From an uncultured Phycisphaerales bacterium (GTDB taxonomy: Bacteria; Planctomycetota; Phycisphaerae; Tepidisphaerales; Tepidisphaeraceae), in NCBI GenBank assembly GCA_963844715.1, contig CAWJPJ010000007.1, forward strand, positions 736,001-800,000: a DNA stretch of 64,000 nucleotides, given 5' to 3'. Shown piece after piece: positions 32,456-43,327 of the stretch. The translations under genes and the position numbers were made by a program. The number at the start of each line of letters is the position of its first letter. Position 1 is the first letter of the stretch. The notes under the pieces are model-generated. The model was not told the origin of the DNA. It saw nothing but the letters and a program-made list of their open reading frames with translations, and ran no database searches.

Positions 32456-35400
32456 ATGCGCTTAAAGAAACTCATCCTGCACGGGTTCAAGAGCTTTGCC
32501 GACCGCACCGAGTTCGTCTTCGATTCCCCCATCACCGGAATCGTCGGCCCCAACGGGTGCGGAAAATCCAACGTCGTCGATGCCGTGAAGTGGGTCCTGG
32601 GCGAACAATCCGCCAAGAGTCTGCGCGGCGACGCCATGCTCGACGTGATCTTCAACGGCTCCGGCTCGCGCAAACCCGCCGGGATGTCCGAAGTCGTCCT
32701 CGTCTTCGAAAACCCGCAAAAGCCCGAGGGCGGCCGCGCCGTCAATCTCGACGCCGACGAAGTCGCTGTCGGGCGCCGCCTCTTTCGCGACGGCACCAGC
32801 GAATATCAACTCAACAACACCGCCACCCGTCTGAAGGACATCCGCGAACTGTTCCTCGACACCGGCATCGGCGTCGACGCCTACAGCGTCATCGAGCAGG
32901 GGCGCGTTGCCGCCATGCTCGAAGCCAATCCGGAACAGCGCCGCTTGATTTTCGAGGAAGCCGCCGGCATCTCCAAATTCAAGGCCCGCAGAAAAGAAGC
33001 CGAGCGGAAGCTCGAAAAAGTTGACGCCAATCTCGTCCGCGTCGGCGACATCGTCGACGAAACAGAAAAGCGCCTCCGCAGCGTAAAAATTCAGGCCGGC
33101 AAAGCCCGTGTCTATCAGGAACACTCCGCGCGCCTCGCGGAACTGCGCCTTAGCTATAGCCTTCACGAATATCACACTCACGCGTCGAGCCTGAAGGAAT
33201 TGCAATCTCAAAGCGAGGATGTGCGTTTCCGCCTCGATGACGTGCAGGGCGATCTCGCCCGCGCCCAGAACCAATTGGCCGAGAAAAAGGAAGCCCTCGA
33301 AGCGGTGGGGCAGGCGCGGCAGCGATTGGAATACGAGCACGTCCAGGCCCAGGCGCAAATTCAATCCGCGCGGCAGCGACAGCAATACGCACAGCAGCAG
33401 CTTGCCCAGATGTCCGAGCAATCGGTTGGCTTCGAGCAGGATAAAGCGCAAGTCGCCGCCAAGCTCAAGGAACTCATCGCCGCCCTGGAAACGGAAAACA
33501 AGAATCTCGCCGCCCTCACCTCAGAACTTGAAGAGCACCGCCGCCTGATCGACCAGCGCCAGCAATCTTTCGGCGACGCCCAACTTCAGCTCAACGCCGC
33601 CGCTTCCCAAATCGAGCAGCGCAAGACCGACATCCTCGACCTGATGCGCAAGCTCGCCACCGTCGGCAGCCGCATCGGCGCCATCGAAATCGAACGAAAG
33701 AATCTCACCGCCCAGTGCCAGCGCCTCTCCGACCGGAAATCTGAAGTTGAACCCGAATTGCAGACACTGAAAACCGCCGGCGGGGAACTCGCCGCCAGAC
33801 TTCAGCAAACCATCGCGAAAATCGGCGATCAGCAGCGGCAGCTTGAATCCCAGCGAGCCAATGCCGCCGCGCTCGGCAAGCAGATTGCCCAGGTCGGTGA
33901 ACTTCTTGGCGGCGCCAAAGAGCATCGCTCGGGCCTGATTTCCCGGCAAAATCTTCTCCGCGATCTCGAAGCACGCCGCGAAGGCGTCAGCGAAGGCGTC
34001 AAATCCGTCCTTCGCCAGCGCGACACAAAATTCCCCTTCATTCGCGGCCTGGTCGCCGACGTCATGAGCGTCGAAGTCGAACACGCTCACGTCGTCGAAG
34101 CCGCCCTCGACGGCCGCGATCAGTGGCTTCTCACCCACGACTCCGCCGCCGCTTCCGCAACCCGCGACTCCCTCGAGGAACTCGAAGGCCGAGTAAACAT
34201 CCTCTGCGCCGATCGCCTCAATCCGCACACCGATTCTTACGATTCGGCGCAACACGGCCGGTTCGTCCGACCGGTCATCGAACTGGTCCACTATCAGGCC
34301 GCCGACGAAGCCATCGTGCGCCACCTCCTCGGGCGAACCATGCTGGTCAAGGATCTCGCCGACGCCGCGGCCCTCCTCGCTTCCGCCCCGGCTGGATATC
34401 AATATGTCACCCCCGCCGGCGAAATCGTCGGCGACGGCGTCCTTCGCGCCGGCCCGCTCACCGCGGCCATGGGACTTCTCTCGCGCCGATCCGAATTGCA
34501 GGCCCTCGAGCAGCAGATCGCCGAAGTTGACGTCCGCATCGAGGAATTGAGCAAGCAGCTTGCCGAGGGCGCCAGCCAGGCTCAATCCCTCGACGAGCAG
34601 ATCAGCGCCCTTCGCACCGATCTCTATCAATCCAACACCGATAAAGTTGAAATCAGCAGCGCCGCGGCCCAGAATTCCGATCGTCAGGACGATCTTCGCC
34701 GCGAACTCTCCGTCCTCGGCCGCGAATTAGAAACCCTCGGCGCGCAGCTCGACCGCCTGGCCGCCGAGTCCAGTCAACTCGCCGCGCAAAGGCAGGATTT
34801 GGAAACCAAACAGCAGCAGGCCGGCGCCGAAGTCGAGGAACTGACCGTTCGCCAAAGCGCCATCTCCGAGGAACTCGCCCAACTTGGCGAGCAGTTAACG
34901 GCTTCCCGCATACAGCTCGGCCAGGTTCAGGAAAAGCAGCTCTCCAGCCGCCAGGCCGTCCAGCGCCAAACGTCCGAGCAGGCAGAATTGCACGAGCAGA
35001 TGGACCGCCTCGATCGTTCGGTTCAGCAGCTCACTCATCGCCAGGGGGAAGTCGAGCGCGAGCTGCAATCCGCCGCCGCCGCCGAAGCCGCCCTGGCGCG
35101 ACGCCGCCGACCATCAAACCCGCATCGAGGAACTCGGCACTCAACTCTCCGAACTGAACGCCGTCGTCGCCGAACTTTCGCGCACAGTCGAAACCGCCCG
35201 CACCAATCGCGACCAGATCGAGCGCCAGCTTCACGAACTTGAACTCAAGCTCGGCGAAGTCCGCGTCCGCGTCGAAACCCTGGCCCAGCGCACCTTGGAA
35301 GAACTCCAGCTCGATCTCCCCGCCCGCTACGCGGAACTCACAGCCGAAAAGCCCTACGAGCCGGGCGACATGGACTGGAACGCCGTCGGGGACGAGATCA

Positions 35401-36134
35401 AGGAACTTCGCGAAAAAATCCACCGCCTCGGCAACGTCAACGTCGAGGCCATCGACGAACAAAACGAACTCGAGCAGCGCAGCCAGTTCCTTTCCACGCA
35501 GGTCGCCGATCTCACCAATTCCAAAGCCCAGCTCGAGCAGCTCATCAGCGAAATCAACGTCGAAAGCGGCGTCCGATTCGAGCAGACCTTCAACGCCGTC
35601 CGCGAATATTTCCAGGGGATGTTCCGCAAACTCTTCGGCGGCGGGAAAGCCGACATCTATCTCGAAACCGAACTCGATCCCCCCAAGAACGCTCCCCCGA
35701 CCATCGGCCCCGACGGGCTCGAAATCCCGGCGCAAAAGATCAAGGTCGACATCCTCGACGCCGGCATCGAAATCATCGCCCGCCCCCCGGGCAAGCAGCC
35801 GGTGACCATTAGCCAGCTCTCGGGCGGCGAAAAAACCATGACCTGCGTCGCCCTCCTCATGAGCATCTTCAAATCCAAGCCCAGCCCGTTCTGCATCCTC
35901 GACGAAGTCGACGCCGCCCTCGACGAAGCCAACAATCAGCGTTTCAACATGATCGTCCAGGAGTTCCTCGAGCAGAGCCAGTTCATCATCATCACCCACT
36001 CGAAGCGCACCATGCAGATCGCCGACGTCCTCTACGGCGTCACCATGCAGGAGCAGGGCGTCAGCAAGCGCGTCGCCGTCAAATTCGACCAGGTCGATTC
36101 CCAGGGCCGAATCAGCGAACACGCCGCGGCTTGA
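32456..36134 (+). CDS. smc: Chromosome segregation protein SMC; apparent frameshift ~35100
   Basis: GFKSFA, VGPNGCGKSN, coiled coils and hinge, LGNVN, LSGGEK, FCILDEVDAALD, FIIITH. Confidence 0.95.
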
Positions 36135-36157
36135 CGCGTCCCTTCGAGGCCGCCGAT

Positions 36158-36547
36158 TCAAATTTTCGTCGAGTATTCGGACCACTGCTGCCCCGGACCG
36201 TCCAGCAAAAGCGAAAAGTGGTTTAGCACATCCCGACCGAGAATACCTTGTTCGGCATCCATCAGCAGGTAACGTCCTCGGAATGTGCGGTCCAGTAAGG
36301 TCAACTCCAAGATCACGGATTCCGCCGCTGACTTCGTGCCGTCGAATCCCACCAGTTCATATGTTTCGCCCGCGACCATCGGAACACCCAAAGTCTCCAC
36401 CGCTCGTCGCGGCAGCAGCGTCACGTCGGCGCCACTGTCAATTAGCATTACAACGTTTGGAACGTTAGACGTGTTTGCCAGATCTCGTAATACAACCACG
36501 GCGACCGGCGCGGGCGGATTGAAATCCAACCCGTCATACCTTGGCAT
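36158..36547 (-). CDS. Retropepsin-like (clan AA) aspartic protease
   Basis: LIDSGAD catalytic motif and GILGRDVL. Confidence 0.8.
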   Translation of the reverse strand: MPRYDGLDFNPPAPVAVVVLRDLANTSNVPNVVMLIDSGADVTLLPRRAVETLGVPMVAGETYELVGFDGTKSAAESVILELTLLDRTFRGRYLLMDAEQGILGRDVLNHFSLLLDGPGQQWSEYSTKI

Positions 36548-36776
36548 GGCCCGCGCCCTCGATCACTTCTTTTGCAAAATCCCCGGCTTGTGCCGGATTC
36601 GACAAGCGGGGGGTCCGGATGCTGGACGGCCCGGCGTTGCTGGCGACCGTCTCGGCAGCGGCTAGTTTTTCCTCGATCGCTTCCCGCACAAATGTCGCCA
36701 CATCCTTCCCCGCGCTGGCTGCTTGCTGGCGAAGTCGCTTCTCCGCATCGTTTGGCAAATTGAGGTTCAGCATCAT
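36534..36776 (-). CDS. Small ribbon-helix-helix/antitoxin-like protein
   Basis: LNLNLPNDAEKRLRQQAASAGKDVATFVREAIEEKL; overlaps the protease start by 14 bp. Confidence 0.65.
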   Translation of the reverse strand: MMLNLNLPNDAEKRLRQQAASAGKDVATFVREAIEEKLAAAETVASNAGPSSIRTPRLSNPAQAGDFAKEVIEGAGHAKV

Positions 36777-36854
36777 GGGTTATTGCTCCAACTCCATTTT
36801 AACACGCAATCGACATTGCCGCACGCGCTATAACCTGCCTAAAGTCTCTTCGTC

Positions 36855-37454
36855 ATGAGAGCCATTTTCATTCTCGTCGTCCTGGCGGCCTGTCTGCTCG
36901 CCGCCCCGGAGACCCAGCCATCCCCAAGCACCCAGCCCACCACACAGGAGTCACAGATGAAAACCGAAACCGCCACCTTCGCCGCCGGCTGCTTTTGGGG
37001 CGTGCAATCCACCTTCGAGAAAATCCCCGGCGTCATCAGCACGCGCGTAGGCTACACCGGCGGCAAAACCTCCGACCCGACCTATGAAGACGTCTGCACC
37101 GACACCACCGGCCACGCCGAGGCCATCGAGATTGTCTTCGACCCCAGCAAAGTCAGCTATCAAACTCTTCTCAATACCTTCTTCGAAAACCACGATCCCA
37201 CCACGATGAATCGCCAGGGCCCCGATGTCGGCATCCAATACCGCAGCGCGATCTTCTATCATTCGCCCGAGCAGGAGAAACTCGCCGAAGCCAAAAAAGA
37301 ACGCCGCGATGAATCAGGCGATTACACCGCCCCCCTCGTCACCCAGATCGTCCCCGCCGGCACGTTCTGGCCCGCCGAGGAATATCATCAGTTTTATTAC
37401 GACAAGCACGGAATGACCTATACCTGCCATTTCGGAAACGGGAAAAAGAACTAA
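36855..37454 (+). CDS. msrA: Peptide-methionine (S)-sulfoxide reductase, exported
   Basis: FAAGCFWG, GYTGG, GHAE, HDPT..NRQGPD.G.QYRS, AEEYHQ; signal peptide plus TQP linker. Confidence 0.95.
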   Translation: MRAIFILVVLAACLLAAPETQPSPSTQPTTQESQMKTETATFAAGCFWGVQSTFEKIPGVISTRVGYTGGKTSDPTYEDVCTDTTGHAEAIEIVFDPSKVSYQTLLNTFFENHDPTTMNRQGPDVGIQYRSAIFYHSPEQEKLAEAKKERRDESGDYTAPLVTQIVPAGTFWPAEEYHQFYYDKHGMTYTCHFGNGKKN

Positions 37455-37484
37455 CCCTCGACGCTGGCGTGACAGGGAGTGAGC

Positions 37485-37718
37485 CTAAGCCCGCGCCAAG
37501 TCCCGCGCGTGGGTGATTTCGCGGGAGCTGACCGGGCGGATTTGCGCAAGAGAGAGCGTAACAACGGCCGCGGTGCGGCCGTCAAGGGTCAGGAACTCAA
37601 CTTCGCAACCCGTGCCGTCTTTATAGAGGTGTACGACCGTCCCTACATCCCCCGTTCGAAGAGACTCAGCGGGGACATCCGTTGTCAAAACCACTCGGTC
37701 GTGTTCTTTGATCACCAT
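37485..37718 (-). CDS. DUF4926-like small protein
   Basis: IKEHDRVVL..D.P..L..GDVGTVVH....EVEF..LDG.T pattern. Confidence 0.75.
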   Translation of the reverse strand: MVIKEHDRVVLTTDVPAESLRTGDVGTVVHLYKDGTGCEVEFLTLDGRTAAVVTLSLAQIRPVSSREITHARDLARA

Positions 37719-37754
37719 GTTACCGTTAGGTGCGACACGGACCGGACGCCTCCA

Positions 37755-38048
37755 TTATGCCGCGGTCTTTCTCGACTTGCCGGCTCGCACTGGCGCTCGA
37801 TGCCGCTGCTTTTGCCCGCGCCGAACCCCCGCTACCCCAGTGGCAACAATGTTGTCCAAAACGATCTGCGGCAACTTCCCCTTGCCGATTGTCTTGCGGG
37901 CATCGAGAATCTCGATTCCGACCAATTTCTCGCCCGCCCCGAAATCCAGCGCAATTTCGTCGTTAAGGCAAACCGTGCGGCACTGATGCTTGCCTTCGAT
38001 CAATTGAATATACATCGCGTCCACTTCGGCGTCGTATGTAATTTTCAT
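37755..38048 (-). CDS. DUF2283-like small protein (putative antitoxin)
   Basis: MKITYDAEVDAMYI..IALDF...LVGIEILDA. Confidence 0.8.
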   Translation of the reverse strand: MKITYDAEVDAMYIQLIEGKHQCRTVCLNDEIALDFGAGEKLVGIEILDARKTIGKGKLPQIVLDNIVATGVAGVRRGQKQRHRAPVRAGKSRKTAA

Positions 38049-38059
38049 CGGATATCCTG

Positions 38060-38316
38060 CTAGAAAAAGAACGTATACACGGTCACCACAACTGTCTCAC
38101 CCGGCCCGTCGATAATCACCGGCGCAACTTGCTTGATATTATAGCGGCGCCCGCGCCACACGCCATGAAATTGAATGTTAAGGCGGCAAAGAACCCTCCC
38201 ATGCTTCGCTGGTTCGCGAATGCCCAGCATAACCCCGTCCGTCGTACCTCCTCCTCGGTCGTGCCACGCTCCTCCAAGCGGGCACGCGCATGGTTGCTCA
38301 GGCGTATCGGTTTCAA
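38060..38316 (-). CDS. DUF4258-like putative RNase toxin; apparent frameshift ~38235
   Basis: IRLSNHARARLEERGTTEEEV joined to ..VVVTVY; GAGGAGG RBS before TTG 38316. Confidence 0.7.
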
Positions 38317-38386
38317 CGCTTCGCCTCCTCAATGGTACGGATGGCCGATCTTAAGCAGGCGGCTTCCGCCGTACCAACAATCGGTC

Positions 38387-39711
38387 CTATTCCCCCTCCG
38401 GCTTCGCATCCACCAGCGACCCAAACTTCCGCACCTGCGGCCAAATCCCCGCCGTCGCCAGCACCACCACGATCGTCCCGATTCCCCCCGCGACCACGCT
38501 CGTCACCGTCCCGAATAGTTTCGCCGTCAGCCCGCTTTCAAACCCGCCTAGCTCGTTGCTCGCCCCGATAAAAATGTTGTTCACGGCCGAGACGCGCCCG
38601 CGCATCGAATCCGGCGTCAGCACCTGCACCAGCGTATGCCGCACCAGCACCGAAATGTTGTCCAGCGCCCCGGTCAGAAAAAGCATCGCCAGCGAAAGCC
38701 AGTAACTGCGCGAGAGACCGAACACGATCGTCGCCGCGCCGAACCCTCCGACCGCCCACAGCATCGCCCGCCCGGCCCGCTTCATCGGCGGCAAATGCGC
38801 GATCACCAATCCCATCAAAAGCGCCCCAATCGCCGGCACCGCCCTCATCCAGCCAAATCCCACCGCCCCCACATGCAAAATGTCCTTGGCATAAATCGGA
38901 AGCAAATACGTCGCTCCCCCCAGCAAAACCGCGAAAAGATCCAGCGTGATCGTCGCCAGAATAATTTTCGTCCGGAAGACGAACCGCACGCCCGCCGCCA
39001 GGCTCTTCAGCGTCGCCGGCTCGCGCGCCGGCGCTTGCCCGCGCATGCGCACGCTCCCCAGCGACACGGCGAAAATCGCCGCGAAAATCGCCGATACGAT
39101 GTAAGCCGCCGGAACATTGAACCGCACGATCAATCCCCCCAGCACGGGCCGGCGGTTGCCGACGTTTGAAACGCCATGCTGTTCCAATTCACCGCGTTGG
39201 CGAAATCCCGCGGCTCAACCAGGCTCGGCAGCAGCGCCGACCGCGCCGGCCAACCCAGCGCTTTGCAGACCGCCGCCACCAGCAGCACGGCGTACATCGC
39301 CCCGATCGCCCCGCGGTGATACGAAATCCACGCCAGGAAAAGCACGCACCCCCCGCGCAGCAGTTGCGACACCAGCACGATTTTTCGCCGGTCCACTCGG
39401 TCCGCCAGATGCCCCGCTGGAAGAGCCAGCAGGATGATCGGCGCCGCCGAAACCAATCCCACCCACCCGAGCGAAAGCGCATCATGCGTTCGCGAGTAAA
39501 TATCCCATCCGACGGCGACCTCGAGAATCTGATCGCCCACCACCGCGACAATCCACCCCGCGAGATACATGCAAAACGCCGTGTAGCGCAGCGCCGCGTA
39601 TGGATCGCGCGCTTCAGGCGCCGGGCTTTCCAATTCCGCCGCCCCGGACGCCGGCCGTTCCGGATCGGGCCGCTCATAAATTCGGTCGGGTGGTTTCGTC
39701 GGTTCGGACAT
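38387..39711 (-). CDS. MFS transporter (EntS/DHA3-like); apparent frameshift ~39147
   Basis: AGHLADRVDRRKI, ITLDLFAVLLGGAT, TPDSMRGRVSAVN; about 12 TM segments. Confidence 0.88.
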
Positions 39712-39719
39712 ACGTCTCG

Positions 39720-40864
39720 TTACGCCTGACCCAGCGCCAGCCCCAGCGCTCGACGAAAAAGAATTCCCCCCACATGACGCTCTCATCCACTCCGAGTCCC
39801 TTGTGAATGTGATACACCCCGCGTTTGAGAATCCCCTCCCACTCCGATCCTTCCTCCGCCAGATAGGGAGATTGCGAAAGCGTCGTCACGGCATTGACCG
39901 CCGCCTGCCGGTAAAGTTTGGCTCGCGCCGGATCGGTCGTCAGTCGCGCCAAATGGAATAACCCGCACGCCCCAATCGCCGCCGCCGAGCTGTCCGGTTG
40001 CTTGCGCGATAATTTCCCCTCCATCGGCGCATCGTAGTCCCAGGGGGGCACGCCATCGGCCGGCGTCTTTTCAAGGTAATACTGCGCGTTCAATTCCGCC
40101 GTCTGCAAAAATCGCGCATCCCGGGTCAGCTCATAACACATCGCAAATCCATACATCGACCACGTCAATCCGCGGCTCCAGGCGCTATCCCCGCGAAATC
40201 CCTGATGGGTTGTCTGCCGCAGAAACTCGCCGCTTTGTGTATCGAATATCCCCTCGTGCGCCGTGCTCCCGTCCCCGCGCACCAGTGTCCGCCGCGTCGT
40301 CAGACAATGCTCCATCGCAATATTTAGCAGCCCTCGATTCCCTGTGATCTGGGCCGCATAAAAAATCAACGGCACATTCATCATGATGTCAATAAAGAGA
40401 GACTCATCACTGATGAACGACCTTAGATATTTCCCCTTCTCCTTAAATCGCATCGCCAGAACCTGCCCGGCTCGCACCACAACCTCTTGCAGCGCCGCAT
40501 CCGGCTTCCCCTGGCGCACTGTCGCGTCATACCACCGTTTGTAAGTCCCGTGATAAAAAATGAACCCCAAATCATGTACCTCCCGGTCTTCTTTCCGGTG
40601 CTTCAATTGGGATGAGTATTTTTCCGCCGCCGCCCGCCAGTACGACGGATCGTCCGCCATACCCGTTTCGAGGAATATCCACATCATTCCCGGCAAAAAC
40701 CCATCGCACCAGTGCGTCCATGCCGGTTTGTCGTGCTTCCAACGGCCCTGGTCGGTATATAGCGGGTAAAAGCCGGGATATTTCTCGATTAATCGGCGCA
40801 CTTGCATTTGCGCCACGTCAAGAGCGTGCTTCCAGCGCGCGTCCGTTCCATTGGCTGGGGACAA
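39720..40864 (-). CDS. Glycoside hydrolase family 88 (unsaturated glucuronyl hydrolase-like); C-terminal indel ~39750
   Basis: WCDGFLPG, HDLGF, IDIMMN, THQG..DSAWSRG, WDYDAP, DSSAAAI, WGEFFFVE(AL); start approximate. Confidence 0.85.
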
Positions 40865-41005
40865 TTCTGACCCTTTCGATAATTTTGCGAAGTGTAGCGA
40901 TCCTTCCCTCGGCTCGCCACGATCCGGTTTTCGGTTGATTTGGCCCCTCGTTATAGGATAATTACGTCTGAATCGGTGCTGGAGGGCGCGGGATTGGAGT
41001 TGGGC

Positions 41006-41605
41006 ATGGAATCTTCGGGCGCTTTGGGCAACCTCATCAACGCGATCACCGTGCGATGGAGAGCCATCTCCGATCGCTGCAACGACCCCGATCACAATTG
41101 CGCCCTCCCCTGCGATCTGGAATCTCTGATCCAGGCCATCGGTTCCCATCCCCCCGCGCTCGGCCGCCGCGATTCATCCCGCCCGCGCCGCGAGGTCGGC
41201 CTTCGCCGCCTGCTCGATGAATTTGCCCTGTTCCGATCGGTCGTCCTCGAGGAAGCATCGCATCACCTCTCGCGTGCATTAGCGCTCAATGAATCAGTCC
41301 GGTTGAATGGTGCGATAGATCTCCTCGCCGCCGATGCCGTCGAACAGGAGGTCTCCGGACATTACCGCGGAATCGAACAGGCCGTGGACGGACAAAACAC
41401 CTTCCTCCAACGCCTCTCTCACGATGTCCGCGGCCAGCTCAACGCCGTATTGCTGACGATCCAGCTTCTCGAACGGCAACTGGCCGGAAATAACGATCGC
41501 GTCGATTCCGTGAAGGAATTCGCGCAACTTCGCAGAACCATCCTGGCGACCATTCAGCAAATCGATCATCCCGCCTCCGCGCCGCCCGCTCTGCAAAACA
41601 GATGA
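41006..41605 (+). CDS. RsbRD_N-like plus HisKA (DHp) protein lacking the ATPase domain
   Basis: LLDEFALFRSVV helix bundle; H-box LSHDVRGQLNAV; stop follows the second DHp helix. Confidence 0.6.
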   Translation: MESSGALGNLINAITVRWRAISDRCNDPDHNCALPCDLESLIQAIGSHPPALGRRDSSRPRREVGLRRLLDEFALFRSVVLEEASHHLSRALALNESVRLNGAIDLLAADAVEQEVSGHYRGIEQAVDGQNTFLQRLSHDVRGQLNAVLLTIQLLERQLAGNNDRVDSVKEFAQLRRTILATIQQIDHPASAPPALQNR

Positions 41606-41661
41606 GGCGATTGTAGCAAAGCCATTGATTAGTTCGGCCTCGTATGTGTAATGTGCACGAC

Positions 41662-42574
41662 ATGACCGAAGCCAATTCGCAGTTTCAAGACTTGAACAAA
41701 CAATTTGGAGTCCCCGGCGTCGTGCAGTTCGAGGCCGGCCGGGCCTCCCTCCCGCGCGTCGCCATCACCTGTGAATTGGCCTCCGCCGAAGTTTATCTCC
41801 ACGGCGCCCACGTTACCCAGTTCCAGCCGCGCGGCTGCGCCCCTCCTCTTTCTCAGCAAATCCAGTTGGTTTGATCCCGCCAAGCCCATCCGCGGCGGCG
41901 TGCCCCTGGTCTTCCCTTGGTTCGGCCCACGAGCCGGCCACCCCGAATCCCCCGCCCACGGATTCGCGCGAATCCGCCCCTGGCGCGTCGAATCGTGCGA
42001 TGTTCGCGCCGACGGCTCCGTCCGTCTCGTCCTTACCCTTTCCAGCGACGACCAGTCTCTTCATCACTGGCCGCACTCGTTTGCCCTGCGCCTCATCGTC
42101 ATCGTCTCCCGATCTCTCGATATCACACTGGAAGTGCGCAATCTCTCGCAGCAATCCGTAGATTTCGAAGAAGCCCTGCACACCTATCTGCGCGTCGGCG
42201 ACGTCCGCCAGGCCTACGTCGAAGGGCTCGACGGACTGGATTACGTGGACAAGGTCGATGCCGCGAAGCGCAAAACGCAGCCCCAGATGCCCATCCGGTT
42301 CACTGGCGAAACCGATCGCGTTTATCTCAAAGCCACCAAGTCCTGCGTCGTTCACGACCCCGTCCTCAAACGCATCGTCACCGTCGAGAAGGAAGGGTCC
42401 AACGCCACCGTGGTCTGGAACCCCTGGATCGCCAAGGCCAAGGCCATGCCCGATTTCGGCGACGACGAATGGCCCGAGATGCTCTGCATCGAGGCCGCAA
42501 ACGCCATGGATTGTGCGGTGAAGCTTCCCGCCAATGCCACCCATCGAATGGGAACGCGGCTATCGATTCTTTAG
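41662..42574 (+). CDS. D-hexose-6-phosphate mutarotase (YeaD-like); apparent frameshift ~41840
   Basis: YLHGAHV, PIRGGVPLVFPWFG, HGFAR, ALHTYL, ETDRVY, VVWNPW, MLCIE. Confidence 0.88.
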
Positions 42575-42587
42575 GGGGCGGGTTCTA

Positions 42588-43010
42588 TCAAACGAATTGG
42601 CCGATCCACGCGATGTGCTTCGCCAGCGGACTCCCCGCCAACGCGTTGACCAAGCGCCGGTCGCCGCTGATCATTACCGTTTTATCCCTCATCGCCAGCG
42701 CCAGATAGAGACAATCATAAACACTCCGGTTCGTTTCGATCGCCAACCGCAGCGCGAGTTCCACAAGCTCCGCGGACGGCGCTATCCGCAGCGGAAGGAT
42801 AAGAAAGTCATCGAGCAACTGCTGAGCATCGGCAGCATCGATCTCTTTTCGCCGCCATCGCTTCCAGATCACGTTGGCCAGTTCGCCGTAAATCAGGTCC
42901 GGGGCCAGGAACGTATCGCCGCTGCTCAGGAGCTTCCGCGCCGGCTCGGCATGGGGCTCGGGAAAGAACGCGGCCGCCACAACGCTGGCGTCGATCACCC
43001 GCGAATTCAT
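42588..43010 (-). CDS. vapC: PIN-domain toxin
   Basis: VIDASV, APDL..ELAN, SVYDCLYLALA, SGDRRL; ATGA-coupled to the upstream antitoxin. Confidence 0.88.
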   Translation of the reverse strand: MNSRVIDASVVAAAFFPEPHAEPARKLLSSGDTFLAPDLIYGELANVIWKRWRRKEIDAADAQQLLDDFLILPLRIAPSAELVELALRLAIETNRSVYDCLYLALAMRDKTVMISGDRRLVNALAGSPLAKHIAWIGQFV

Positions 43011-43231
43011 CGGGTTCGGTCCTCGCGGATTAAATCTGCGCTGGACTTGAAGCGCCGCTTGTCGAACCGTTCCTTCCAACGATCCAGCACGGCCCGAACA
43101 TCCTCCGACCCCGCTGATCGCTCCAAAAGCAGTTTGGCCTCGCTCTGCAGCGATCGGCCGTTACGCTTGGCCCGATCCTTCAATCGTTTAATCGTCTTAG
43201 CCTTAAGGCCGCGTACAAAAATGCCCGGCAT
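43007..43231 (-). CDS. FitA-like RHH antitoxin
   Basis: IFVRGL....RLKDRAKRNGRSLQSE..SADLIREDR. Confidence 0.85.
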   Translation of the reverse strand: MPGIFVRGLKAKTIKRLKDRAKRNGRSLQSEAKLLLERSAGSEDVRAVLDRWKERFDKRRFKSSADLIREDRTR

Positions 43232-43255
43232 GGGTCACCTGCTTCCTATACCCGG

Positions 43256-43278
43256 AATATGATATCATATTGCTAGCA
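43256..43278. promoter_or_regulatory. Probable antitoxin operator (palindromes)
   Basis: Perfect 16-bp palindrome AATATGATATCATATT followed by TGCTAGCA, ~25-45 bp upstream of the antitoxin start. Confidence 0.6.
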
Positions 43279-43327
43279 TAGTATCTAAATCGGTAGGTTG
43301 CTCTTACGAATTGAGGTCGGTCAGCTT

